DNA of 64,000 nucleotides, from NCBI GenBank assembly GCA_030704615.1, contig CM060731.1, positions 9,672,001-9,736,000 on the forward strand, written 5' to 3'. Each line of letters opens with the position of its first letter. The stretch's first letter is position 1. Positions 37,635 through 49,557 of this stretch are shown here, piece after piece. A program made the position numbers and the translations under genes. The stretch comes from Takakia lepidozioides (lineage: Eukaryota; Plantae; Bryophyta). The notes under the pieces were generated by a model that saw only the letters and a program-made list of their open reading frames with translations, ran no database searches and was not told the DNA's origin.

Positions 37635-40471
37635 AATTTCTATGTGGGAGGGGCTGGTTGTTGAAAGGTCCAATATCCATCCACTTAGTTCTCACAAGCA
37701 TATCTGAAAACCATCTATGCAGGTATCTACCCCAGGGATTACCAGTGAGGTGAACATGCAAGTAGAGCTGTCACCCACCATTTCGGTTCCTGCCAGGGTG
37801 TGTAGGGCATAGCCATCCAGTCTTCCTGCAAATGCACTACTATAGTTTTCCATCTATCGTCAGTTATGTTGTTTGCCCTTTATGGTTGACTTGCTGGAGG
37901 CCTACTGATTCCCTTTTCATTGCAATGTGAGATAAGGAAGGGTTTTTATGTTCTGCTTGTTTCCTGCCAGTAATGGTGGGTTGTATGTGTTACAACCATG
38001 TCATTTATTGAAAACAGGGTGACGACGTGACTGTTGGTACTGTGTCATCTTGGATGGCAGGCCTTCCAGTGAAAACCGACTTTGCCAAGGCAGATCCCAA
38101 CTTGCAGTTGGCTCAGCCGGTAATGTTTACTACATCCAGCTGCTACGTATTCCCGTGCACAAATCAACTTCTGGGGAGCGCTGTCCAGTTGGGGCATGCT
38201 GGAGATTCTGAGGAGACACACCAAACGTGCGGAAACATTTGTATTAATATAAAACAACACAGATGTGCTCATTTGGCCAGTGCTATGACATGGACCACAA
38301 ACCCAACCTGACCTCCAAAGATTTTTTCTGAGACATGAGTATCTGCTGCCTCTGGCTCTCACGTTTATGTCATGCTTCTTTAAATACTGTGGAACCTGCA
38401 TGTTCACCTTATGTTATATCACTACCACAGATACATCAAGTCGACAACTTATCGTGTTGCCACATGGGTTGGGATTCTGTCATGAACTATGCACAACGTT
38501 ACATCGAGCTCCAAGGAGGCTGATCACGTAGGTCTCTTTGAATGTGAATCAACCAGAAATTGGTGGTACATTCACAAAGAGTTCAGTGCAATCTGAAGTT
38601 TGATGGACAACACACCAAGAGGCTTGGGCTGAGATAGCAAGTGCGAGGCCATCCAATGTATAGGTCTGAATTCAAAGCATGTGATCTGGGGGCATGTGAT
38701 TTTGTGTTGGCGTCTTTCCACATGGGCTGTGATTCTGAAGATCCAAGGAGGGTGATTATGAAGACTGCTTGTCACCCATTTTCTGGTCGGGAGTATGTAA
38801 CCTTGAAATGACACCACCACAGTCATTTTGATGAGTGCACGTCAAATTCTAACATAGTCCCAGTCAAGGACTCCCAAGGGTAAACGTGGTTATTCCTACC
38901 TTGAGCTAATGCCATCAACTGCTTCCCACTGATCCTACTATCTGGTGATTGCAGCATGATATACTTTCCAGACCAGGCCTACCACTATGCTAGCAAAATC
39001 AGAAACATACAGGGCTTGACCTGGGCAAACTCAGGCTCTGGCCATGAACTCCACTGCCCCATTAATGGACCCACCACGCCACTACAAGATACAATATGCA
39101 AACACCGCCTCCCACTTAGGCCTGACATCAAGCAATCGTGTACCCATCACAATCTAACATCTCCACCATCAACCCATATCTCGAGTTTTACCCAGATCTG
39201 TTTCAAACCCAAAATCAACCCCCCAGATAGCAGCATACATCCACCTGCCCCCTCCAAGGGCTGACATGCCCGCACATAGCACTTCAACACTCCAGACTTC
39301 GTGAATAATTTGCTCCACTCTGACACACCATTGCCAATTACTGCTATGATCGAAGGCAAAAAATTACTCTTGCATTGTATGGCGCTACAACCATCTCATA
39401 TGCTACTGAGGAGCTTTCAATCAATTATCATGCTGCTATATCCAAATCCTGCAACAATCAAAATTCAAAAAATGTTGTTTTACAGAACAACTATACACTG
39501 GGACAAGCATACCAGGAAACAAAATTGTCATCACATTAACAAGTTGTCCTCTGGCACATCACACTAGTAGAAAATCCGGCTTTTACGTCTGCTATTTTCC
39601 AGTCGTATCAGCCTTTTATGACTGCATGACTGCCCAGTTAGATAAACCCAGTCAGTTGTGACAAATGAGTCGTAAGCGCCATAGAGTCGTATCTGCCAGT
39701 CGTGGAGCTCACTGTTGACGTGGCAACAGGGACGCCTAATCATAGTCATTGATAAGACCGTAGTAAATGACTGCGAATCCATGTCAGCGTCATGTGGATA
39801 TGCCACGTGTCACAACAAAGGGAAGGCGACAGGGTCTTCACTACTGGCATATACGCCTTTCGCGGATTAACCCCATGACAACACGTGGACAATACCGGGC
39901 ATGACACGTGGCACGACAGGATGAAGAGAGGGGGTCTTCCAAGACTGGCATGTATGACTTCCGCAGTTTAACCCCAGGACAACACGTGACATCAATTTAT
40001 GCATAATGGGAGTGGTCGTTATGACTGGAACATATGACTTCGAGGGACGGACTCTGGATACCGCACGTGGCGCGGGTATGGGCAAACACGTGGGGTTACA
40101 ATGAAAGTGCCACATGGAGAGGGTCTTTGGATGGGAGGCAGTCGTATACATGACTGTGTCGAGGCTGCCAAGGTAAACTTACATAATACTCGAATACTAT
40201 AAGGAAAAAAATAAAATACAAACTAATACACCAAGCAAGGCAACAAGTTGTGTGGTAGTAGACAAACAATGAAACATGACAGCACCATTGAAATTGGAAC
40301 ATCGATTCAAACACAACGTAACTTAATGTTTCATTGATCCGTTCCAACAGAGGAACACACTCATGAATTCCGGCTTGGATTACTGCATAGAGTACCCAAA
40401 ATCTAAGCACTGCCAAGTGTACACCACCTACCACCCGGTGGTGCTACAAAAAAACCACAAAGCTGCAAAGT

Positions 40472-40678
40472 CTAACATGCAAAGTCATACATGTTGACAA
40501 GGGTGTTGAATAGAAAAACATTTGGCGTGAATCCACTTTGGATAATGTGAGTGTGCGCCTGCTTTCCAGCTTCCAGACCTTCCATCTTGATGCACTCAAG
40601 CAAGAGACAGACATGTATCTGAATCTGCTGAAATGCCTCTGTGGAAGCCTTCTTTTCATCTGCCTGACCACATTTCAC
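40472..40678 (-). pseudogene. PLS-class PPR fragment inside the CACTA
   Basis: EAFQQ..HVCLLLECIKMEGLEAGKQAHTHIIQSGFTPNVFLFNTLVNMY resembles the L/S motif consensus (LL.AC.....LE.GKQ.H..II..GF..DVF..N.LV.MY). Confidence 0.8.
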
Positions 40679-42539
40679 AAAAGATGGAACTCAGGCATGA
40701 GATGCTGAATTGCAAACAGTCAATACCACTCAGAGAGATCCTTACAAACTGATGGGATACTTGAACTGAAGCTCATACTATAGCTTCAATTTTATCGGTG
40801 TGGTTGGACAGCACGGATCCATATCTCAGCTCAATTTGTCTAGCTATCTCATACAGCCTGGATCAAGTACTTATGACCAGTGTCCCCAAAAAGATAATGT
40901 GACAAATTGGTTGAAAAGGACAACGAGTGTCTGCAATAAAATGGAAATTGTTCGGCTGAATGAAGGAGGCCTAACACAGGGTTGTCACATGGTGCACCTC
41001 AATAGTTGTTGTGTTGTCCGCAACCAATGCCACACCATTTTCTGCCTTGACCTCCTTTTCCCCATTGCTACCTACTGCTGGAATTAGCATGGCTCATGTT
41101 CTTGGGCTGTCTTTCGAAGATTCCAATTTTCCATACTATGATGAAGACTCCATTGGCTGTGTTGAAGAAGCTTCATCCATGCAGCTTCAGCAGCGCTAGA
41201 AAATATGAACAATGTCATAAGCAAATCTGAGTAATGTCAAGGGCACAGCTGTAGGCCAGGGTCATCACACATGCATGTCTCGCTGAAGAAGTTACTCTAG
41301 TTTACTCCTTCAGAAGCCAAAGTATTGTCAATGACAAAGGTACAGACATGCAGCAAAACAGAGCCAGACATCCACCAGCATAACCTAGAATTGCCAGGAC
41401 CATTATTTTGGTAGGATACGTCCAGAATAGTACGAAGGACTGTCCAACCAGCCCCCACACACAAGTTCAGTGCATCAATCAGTACAAGGTGCTGAGCATA
41501 CATGCTATACATGCTTTTCCTACCTTCACCTCCTTCAACACAGCAAACAGATGAAGAACTCTGCACCTAGGTGCCCCTAAAAACCTTTCATCTATAAGGA
41601 TCTTCACCAATCTTGCAAAAACTCAACTCAACCAGATACTTTCATGGCAGAGAGGCGTCATTCACTCATTCCGCTACCCATTTCAGCCATGAAACATAGG
41701 CAAGTGCATGTCCTCGAAAAATATGAGGAATAGCCTAAGAGCGCCACTGGTAAAGATACGGAGGGTCAAAAGAAGGAAGTGGAACACACCATAAACCCTT
41801 GAGTGATGCCATCAAAGGTAATCCGCTGCCATGAATCAAAGTAAGAGAAGATGTTGAACTTGGTTTTGGCTGCAATGCCTGCTGATGCTAGTATCATGAT
41901 CACAAAATAGCAAAGAAAGAAGGAAGAACTTGTAGTTACGAGCTCCAACACAGTTGACCACCCAAACACAGTGGTGCATGGTCCATCTTCAAAATGCATC
42001 GCCCACCTGTCCATTGCTATTCCATCCCATCCATCACTTGTCCACTTGATCTCTTACTACATTGGACACAAATGCAACAGTTACTACAACATGTAGCATG
42101 CCTACAGTGGCATGGTTATTCTCATACCATAGACAGGCTTGCTTGTTCGGTTATTCCTCAAGGGATTTTGGGACCAGTGGGGCTCTGGACAAGTGCTTGT
42201 GGAGTGGAAACTATAAGGACTCAACAATAATGGGCTGCTTACAAAGAGCATTGGTCACATAGGAGTGACAGGACTTCCGGGAGTTCACAACGTACTCAGA
42301 ATGCTAAATCAACCACAGCACTTTGAGGCAAATGGAGCAAACACATCTAGTAGAATAAATAAGCTGTCAAGTATACAATACCCATTTCTCGATTCTGTTG
42401 CAACAACATAACCTTCAACAATAACATTAGTGAAGACTTGCATTACTCTCCTGAAAGTATTTACAGAACAGAAGGAACCTCTTAGGGTCCCACCCGTGGT
42501 ACCATTGACTGGGGTCAGAAAGTATTCATTCCACAGCTT

Positions 42540-44430
42540 CTCGTCTCTGTTACCTGTTTGTGGATACTTTCCTGTTGTCACAGTGGCAGTACCATGTGAA
42601 AGTCACTCCAAACTATCAAAGAATTCAACATGAAAATTTAGGGCCGATTCTGATAAGAGGGAAAAACAGGGTGAATTGTGTTGAAGAAGGTGCCTTGATT
42701 ACCAGAGCCTGGTTTTATCAATTGTGCCGCTGCTACCAGTTGACCATCTACCCCCATGCAGGTTTCTTGTACCTATCCTTCCACATCGAATCATAGGTAA
42801 TCTGGAGCTTCAGATCTGGCCCTCTTGGATGAATCTGGACCCACACTCTATCCCTGCTCCTCCAGGTCGGAAAAGCGTTCATTCCAAAGCTTCTCTTCAT
42901 CTCTGTTATCTGTTTTTGGGTACTTTCCTGCTGCCATATCGGCAATAACTTGTGAAAGTCACTTCAAACCACCACAGATCCACCCAACGAGCTAACTTAC
43001 AGAATTTAATATGCAAATCCAGGGCTGAGCAGAATGAGAGGGAAAAACAAGCTGAAATAGGTCGAAGAAGAAGGTATCTTTACCACATTGTCCTCGTCCT
43101 TGTGTCATGACCCATGGAGGATTTGACTGATCATGAACCCAAGAGGACCTCTTGTGTGTGCTGCTTGTGTCTGTAATCAGGTAATGTCGGATTGGTCCGT
43201 GAGAACCACCACTGTGCAACTGAGCGGGCAGAGATTGAAACACGACAAGGGTGAGATGTGTTGAAGAAGCAATGCCTTGTTCTACCAATTGTGTTGCTGC
43301 CCTTGCTGTTTCCAGTTGACCATCCACCCACGCAGATACTTTCCTGCTGCCACATCAGCAGAGACTTGTCAAAGTCACCCCAAACCACCAGAGATCCATC
43401 CAACGAGCTAACTTCCAGAATTCAATATGCATGTCAGGGCCAAGTCTGTCCAAAGCTTCTCCTCATCTCTGTTATCTGTTTTTCGACACTTTCCTGCAGT
43501 CACATCGGCATTAACTTGTCAAAGTCACTCTAAACGGCCACCACACATCCACCCCAACGAGCTCACTTACAGAATTCAATATGCATCTCGGGGCCAAGTC
43601 TGATGAGAGGGAAAACAAGCTGAAGAACTCCAGCCATGAACCTGTTACATGTCAAAATCACTCGAAAACCACCAGAGATCCATCAAGGAGCTAACTTGCA
43701 GAATTCAACATGGAAAATTGAGGGACGACTCTGATGACAGAGAAAAACAGGCTGAAATGTGTTGAAGAAGGTGCCTTCATTAGCAGTGCTAGTTGATACT
43801 GCACTAGCAGTGCCACTGCCAGTTGACCATCTGTTTCTTGTAGCTAACCTCCACAGGGAAGAGCTTGAAATCCGGGAATCTTGGATGAATCTGGAACCAC
43901 AATCTATCCCTGCACTCCTTCAGCTATCCATGCCTGTGTACAAATCGTGAATACATCCTCAGCCTTGCTGCAGCTAGCAGCTGAAGCAGCTGACACTGAC
44001 GCCCTAACCCTACCTACAGCAACATGTCAAAATCACTCCAAAACCACCATCGATGCACCAACGAGCTTCTCCTCATCTATGTTATCTGTTTTTGGATACC
44101 TTTACCTTCCTGCTGCCACATCGGCAGTAGCTTGTCAAAGTCACTCCTAACCACCACAGATCCACCCAACCAGCTAACTTACAGAATGAAATATGCATCT
44201 CGGGGCCGAGTCTGATGAGAGGGTAAAACAGGCAGAAATAGGTTGAAGAAGAAGGTGCCCTCATCACATTGTCCTCGACCTTGTGTCTTGACCAATGGAG
44301 GATTGGACTGACCATGAAACCGAGAGGACCTCTTGTGTGTGCTGTTTGTGTCTATAGTCAGGTAATGTCGGATCGGTCTGTGAGAGCGGCCACGGTGCAT
44401 TCGAGCAGGTAGAGATTGAAACACGGCGTG
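42540..44430. repeat. Complex internal repeat array within the CACTA
   Basis: About 6 degenerate copies of GTCAAAGTCACTC.AAACCACCA.AGATCCA.CCAACGAGCTAACTTACAGAATTCAA.ATG, and two copies of a ~200-bp block (43050-43245, 44225-44425). Confidence 0.8.
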
Positions 44431-45970
44431 CTATCGCGATGCTTTGGCACTAGGAAGACGCAGCCGCAAAAATCACCAAGTCCCCTGCACTCTCTCTGCG
44501 ACCTAGCAACCCTAAATTCGAGCCAATCTTTTGAATTTTTTGAACGTTTTGCACCCTAACAATATATAAAATGATTATATATTCCATGTCATTATATAAA
44601 GGTATTTTTAACTTTATATATTTGTATATATATATTCATAGTCATTAAATGAGTCACAGTTAAATCGACTGTATATTTTATTTAATTACTAATATATATC
44701 TCAAATAATATGAATTGAAAATATAATTGTGGAGTTGCTAGTGAAGTTATTGAAACCACTTACAATTTAAAATAAATCACCTATAAGTTGACATCACCCG
44801 AAGTCGTATCATTTGCAATCGTTAGATGCACTTGCATCCAATACACCACAATATTTCAACCACGCGAGCAATGATATGTAGACACGTTGTCATTTGCAGT
44901 CACATCCTCGTTCTATTTCATCCATTTATCTTTGCATTTTCCACATAGACATTCCTTGGGCAACCAACGATCGCCACGTGCAGTAGTGAATACTAGGACG
45001 TGGAAAACAAATGAGCTGTCATTGTGAAACTTGTTCAGGTGCCGGATCCGCAAGTCTTGACCCTGCTGGATAAATCTTACTAGCAGGCATACTTTGCAAT
45101 GTCCATGTCATCATAGTGTAGTTTTGTCCATGACTCGTAGTCGTATCTACCATCTCAATCTATCTGGTCAAATGTGTTTGACCACAGATCCTGACGTGGC
45201 GGAGGCACACAGTGGCATATACGTCTTCTGGTGGTCACAATTGGCATCCAGGACTGCCCCCTTGCATTTTGTAGACAAATATGCTACGACTGGGCAAATG
45301 TGGCAGACGTTAAAGCCAGGATCTGTTGTAGTGTCAATATGTGAAGCAGTTGCCTTCACAGCGAGAAACCACACCTAAATGTTGAATGCATATGTTGTAC
45401 CCATCCTTGAAACTACTAACTACTGCTATGCTCAAAAGTTTTATCCACTACTACACAATACACTAGAATTGTCATGGCTGCCACTAAAGGCCACACACTT
45501 ACACCACCACTACAAAAGCAACCTACTTTGCTCAATAGGTGCCTTGTGGTCAGAGATGTTGTGTGGAATTCCCTGCAGGACTTAGCTGCAATCAAAGGAG
45601 GACTACCAAAACCTCTAATCAGCAGCTAAAATGCTTCTTGAGAGAAACTGACTTGGAGCTCATTCAAGCTGAGCTGAAGGAGAAACTAGGAGAAACTAGG
45701 GAACTTGTAATAATCATGGCTATGCCCTTAAGTTGCACCATCTTTTTTTTCTACCATTTTCCCAAAGTGCTCAACCAGTTTTCCAAAATGGGAAACCATG
45801 GCGCTTTGATTGCTAGAAGCTACATGTTGTGCTTCAAATGCCAACCTTGTTGTGCTTCTTGCCGGTTGAGTTGTTGAATGGGCTAGGGGAAGAATTGGTG
45901 TACTTCTTCCGCCCTGGCATGGGAGGTCGACCCCGAGGAGGAACAGGTGGCTCATCTTGGCTTTCTGAGG

Positions 45971-46534
45971 CTAGACTTGCTGAACCCAAATTGTTGCTAC
46001 TAAAGGGCCAGCATTGACATCATCAATTGGGTTGATATCTACATGCTGCTGATTTGGTACCAGTGGTACCCTCATGCTTGATGAGGTCACCTTTGGAGCA
46101 TTGCAAGCTCGCTCTGATAGAAAAGACATGTCCTCAAAAAGATCCTTTCCACGTTCTTCAGTGGTCATAGTGAAGTAGTCTTCATTACTTATGCTATGAA
46201 GCTGGTGGCCCTGAATATCCTTGAAATGCTTACAGAGGTTCTGCCACTTGTTGCTGCAACTTGTTGCATGCCTTCCAAGCACACCCTGTCTCTCCAATGA
46301 CAACACAATCCTCTCCCACTTGACTTTATCGCAATTCATGTTGCCGCGTGCATTAGAACCCTTCCACTCCTCCCATTCCTGCCGCTTAGTGGTAGCTAGG
46401 ATGCGCACTTCTGTCTCACTCCAATTTCTATCTCTAGCTCTTTTTCTAGGAGTCTTGGAGCTTTGCAATTCAACCTCACCAGCCCTAAAGCCATCACCAC
46501 TGCCTGTGGTGCCTGTGGTGTCTGTGGAAGACAT
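45971..46534 (-). CDS. Harbinger Myb/SANT-like (trihelix) DNA-binding protein, probably frameshifted at the C-terminus
   Basis: RNWSETEVRIL...K.....KWERIVLSL...G..R.ATSCSNKWQNL.K.FK.I three-tryptophan pattern, located inside Harbinger TIRs. Confidence 0.75.
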   Translation of the reverse strand: MSSTDTTGTTGSGDGFRAGEVELQSSKTPRKRARDRNWSETEVRILATTKRQEWEEWKGSNARGNMNCDKVKWERIVLSLERQGVLGRHATSCSNKWQNLCKHFKDIQGHQLHSISNEDYFTMTTEERGKDLFEDMSFLSERACNAPKVTSSSMRVPLVPNQQHVDINPIDDVNAGPLVATIWVQQV

Positions 46535-48059
46535 GCTACACTCTCTCCTACACTCTCCCTTGCAATCTCTGGATTAAAAAATTGAGACACACACTGCCTG
46601 CAAAAGCCTCTCCCCTCTGCACTCTACGCCATCACGAGCGCATGCCCTGCAAGAACCATTCCACTCTCCCCTCTGCACTCTATGCCATCGCGAGCCCCTG
46701 CCCTGCAAGAACCTCTCTACTCTCCCCGCCATCGCGAGCGTATGGCACCTGCAAAACCTCTCGGCCGCTGCCTGATTTTTAATTGTTGACCGAGATTTAA
46801 CACCTCCATGGAGGAGGTGTTAAATCTCGCCCTCTCCCCGTTACAACGTTTAGCAGCTGTTAATCGGCCGGTTATCTAACCGGCTTTTTAATTGGCGTGT
46901 GCGGCCGTCTCCCTACCGCTAACGTCAATTACCTAACTTGATTGACGTACTAATTGGCAGTGCGGCCGGGGCCTTAGAAAGGTGAGACTGTGTAATAAGG
47001 GACCTTTATTATATGCCCTGGGAACTCCATGTTCCTGTGAAAACTCCGGATGCCTTTTTCACTTTCCGAAACGCACACTAGGATGTTTAGTTGCAAGCTG
47101 CATTCTCTTCAACCAATTCTGGCCGTGCATCAGCTTTTGCCCCAAGCAGGGAGAAGGCAGGATGAGCTCTAAGAAAGAAGAAGGGACAACAGTGTCACGT
47201 ACTCCTCGTATTTTGCAGGTGAAAATTAAAGGTACTTTACTTATGTATGTCCATCCTCCAGTGAGCCCTTCTAATGCTATTGTCTCCACTTTGCTCTCAC
47301 CCGTCCCTCCTCATGCCCCCAATGACCTTTCCGTCTCAATCATATGCGGTGCTTGATCTATACAATGGCTAGGACAAAGTTGCAAGCATTGATCTCCTTA
47401 CCATCCCTAAAACAAAACAGGGGAAAAGAAAGGGTAAGAGGTTTCTGCAAACAGAGGGTCAAAACAAATTGCTGACAGAATCCATCTCACAGAACAAAAC
47501 CATACGGGGAAGGACTCCCCAAAGAGGAAAGGCCTTCTGGTAGAGAGTATCTCTATAAGAGAAGCACTTCGACTGCACATTCTTCAAAAACTTCGTGGAT
47601 GTTGTGGAGAGAAGAGAAAGACCAACTCCTGACATCCACATTCTCTAAAAAGCAAAGCAAAATGGTCGACAAAGAGAGAGTACACGACAACTGCAAACTT
47701 GAGATGAATGGGGGGACCTTGATATATTTCATTTGCACAGTTTATGCACATGTGTGGAATCACAGCTTTCCTATTCCTCAATCTAGTTATCTCATTGCAG
47801 AGAAAAAAATTGCTATCGGTGATCCGGTATCTAATGAGCCCTGAAGTTGAGTGAGTGTATGGGAAAATTCTCAAGAAGGGACATCGATACTAAGTTCTCC
47901 CCGCCAGATCGGCGCCTGTATGAGGGAGTTCTGTCGTGTTGGGGTAACAATGTTTTGCCTGATTACTCTATACGGCAGGGGTCGCCCTGTTGGGGTAACA
48001 ATATTGTGCCTGATTAGGGCCTACTCTACACAGCAGGGTTCGCCCTGTTTCTGAGTTGC

Positions 48060-48809
48060 TCATTGCCTGATCACGAACAATGGTGCGTTGACAGAGACGG
48101 GCATGCCATCCATCGCCAGTATGTCTACGACGGTGCCATCGGCATCAGCTTCAATCTCCGTCATCAGCTTCAATGTGTCAACCACGCAGAGTACTTGCCC
48201 CTTTCGCACTCGGTCTCCAACTCTAACATAGGGTGCTTCGAGAGGTGCGGGCGACCGGAAAAAATTACCTTCCAACGGACACAAAACCAAGGGAAAATCC
48301 ACAGCTGGTCTGCCAGAAACGGTCTCAAGCATGCTGCCCCGTGTTTGATCAGCTTCACAACTTCTTTGCCACTCCAAGTCCTCGTTATCTGAATGCACAG
48401 AATCGACAAGGTTCGCAAACTCTGACATCAAGCTCACCAGCTCACCCTGCCTACTGTTTGTGGCAGCGCCGTTCACTTCAGACAAGTCCGACAATTTTCT
48501 GTTCAGATCATCAAATGGCACAGGCAAGGTGTTTCCACATGCACAAGCCCAAACAGCCAACTTCGACACCTGCCTCGCTGCTGAAACTGAGAGAGAAAGG
48601 GAACCATTCTTGCCACTCTTTACCGGCACCACGAACGGAGAACCGCTAGGGCAGTGACCAGCCTTGAATCCATTCTTCAAGAGGTGGATCGCACAACCAC
48701 AGTTTTTATGGTACGGATGCTTGGAGTTGGACGACGAAGCGCAAGCTCCAGTCATCAGTCTGGAGGACACGAATGGACTTACACCTGCCATAAAGCTGCT
48801 AGCTTCCAT
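48060..48809 (-). CDS. Chimeric PYHKNCGC-module/BCCP-like protein (copy 3, DTLKL)
   Basis: Intact 249-aa ORF with one extra codon near the N-terminus; its 5' UTR is the most diverged of the three copies. Confidence 0.85.
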   Translation of the reverse strand: MEASSFMAGVSPFVSSRLMTGACASSSNSKHPYHKNCGCAIHLLKNGFKAGHCPSGSPFVVPVKSGKNGSLSLSVSAARQVSKLAVWACACGNTLPVPFDDLNRKLSDLSEVNGAATNSRQGELVSLMSEFANLVDSVHSDNEDLEWQRSCEADQTRGSMLETVSGRPAVDFPLVLCPLEGNFFRSPAPLEAPYVRVGDRVRKGQVLCVVDTLKLMTEIEADADGTVVDILAMDGMPVSVNAPLFVIRQ

Positions 48810-49075
48810 TGATCAGTCCCACACTTCTCAAAGTCCTCAAACTGCACAAACTCTTCAGCGAACTTCTCTCGACTTTCTTGGCTTTCCCGGTGCTCTAAGT
48901 AAGCTCCGGTATTTTGTGAGTCTACTTCACGACTTGCCCCCCGAGATCTTTTTTCTCTCTTTGCGAGATGAGAGTGTGGGCTGTGAGCTGAAGAGGAGGT
49001 GAAGATCTACGGGGTGGGGGCATTAAAAGCAAGCAGCGGGGCCAACGGGGCACATAGAGAGGCCCGCCTGGAGCA

Positions 49076-49410
49076 GTGAAGGAGCCGCTAGACGCCAAGC
49101 AGCGCACAGGCCCCGACCTTCGCGGTCAACGGGGACCGACCACGCGGCGCTCCCTGCCGCCACTTTCACAACTGCGCGGTCATTCGCCCTCACCGCGCGG
49201 CTGCCCGCGCCCCTGTCCGAACGCGTGGCAATCGCTTTACCTCCTCCAACTTACGCTAACCGCGCCACAAGTGACCGTTAACCGTATGGGTCAAAGCAGG
49301 TCGCCGCCGTCTGTACACAAGTCCAACCGCGCGGGCATTTATGGTACACGGCGTACCGTAGTCGGGGTTGTTGCTGCGGTTGGTGGATTGCGCGGGTCCC
49401 CGCCAACTAC
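49076..49410 (-). promoter_or_regulatory. CpG-rich putative proximal promoter of fusion gene copy 3
   Basis: Dense CGCG/ACCGCG motifs immediately upstream of the 5' UTR; absent from copies 1 and 2. Function is inferred only. Confidence 0.4.
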
Positions 49411-49557
49411 TCACGACTTTTCCAGCTATTTTCATATTTCCGTTACCGTTTTATCTAATTTTGCTGCTCCAAGAAATTGAATCCTGAGCCACCGTAGCCG
49501 ACTACTGGCCCGCCTTGAGAATATTTGTAGATTATAATATTTTCAGCTGTTCACAAG

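Larger units (their letters stand above)
39562..45333. mobile_element. Non-autonomous CACTA element nested in the Harbinger
   Basis: TCA|CACTAGTAGAAAATCCGGCTTTTACGTCTGC ... GCAGACGTTAAAGCCAGGATCTGTTGTAGTG|TCA: imperfect ~30-bp TIR, 3-bp TSD, ATGAC/GTCAT subterminal motifs. No transposase recognised. Confidence 0.88.
36165..46973. mobile_element. PIF/Harbinger element (non-autonomous, gene-capturing)
   Basis: 14-bp perfect TIR GGCCCCGGCCGCAC / GTGCGGCCGGGGCC with TTA duplicated on both sides; empty site CCTCTTAGAAAGGTGAGAC in unit B (~29136-29155); Myb/SANT-like ORF near the right end. Confidence 0.93.

Noticed and set aside
38640-38960. Possible Harbinger DDE remnant (GACDFV..RV; YYLVIAA)
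   Set aside because: Similarity is too weak to support by eye; needs a translated HMM search.
42309-42581. LWNEYFLTP..RGSF resembling a SAC phosphatase segment
   Set aside because: Motif match too short and spacing unconvincing.
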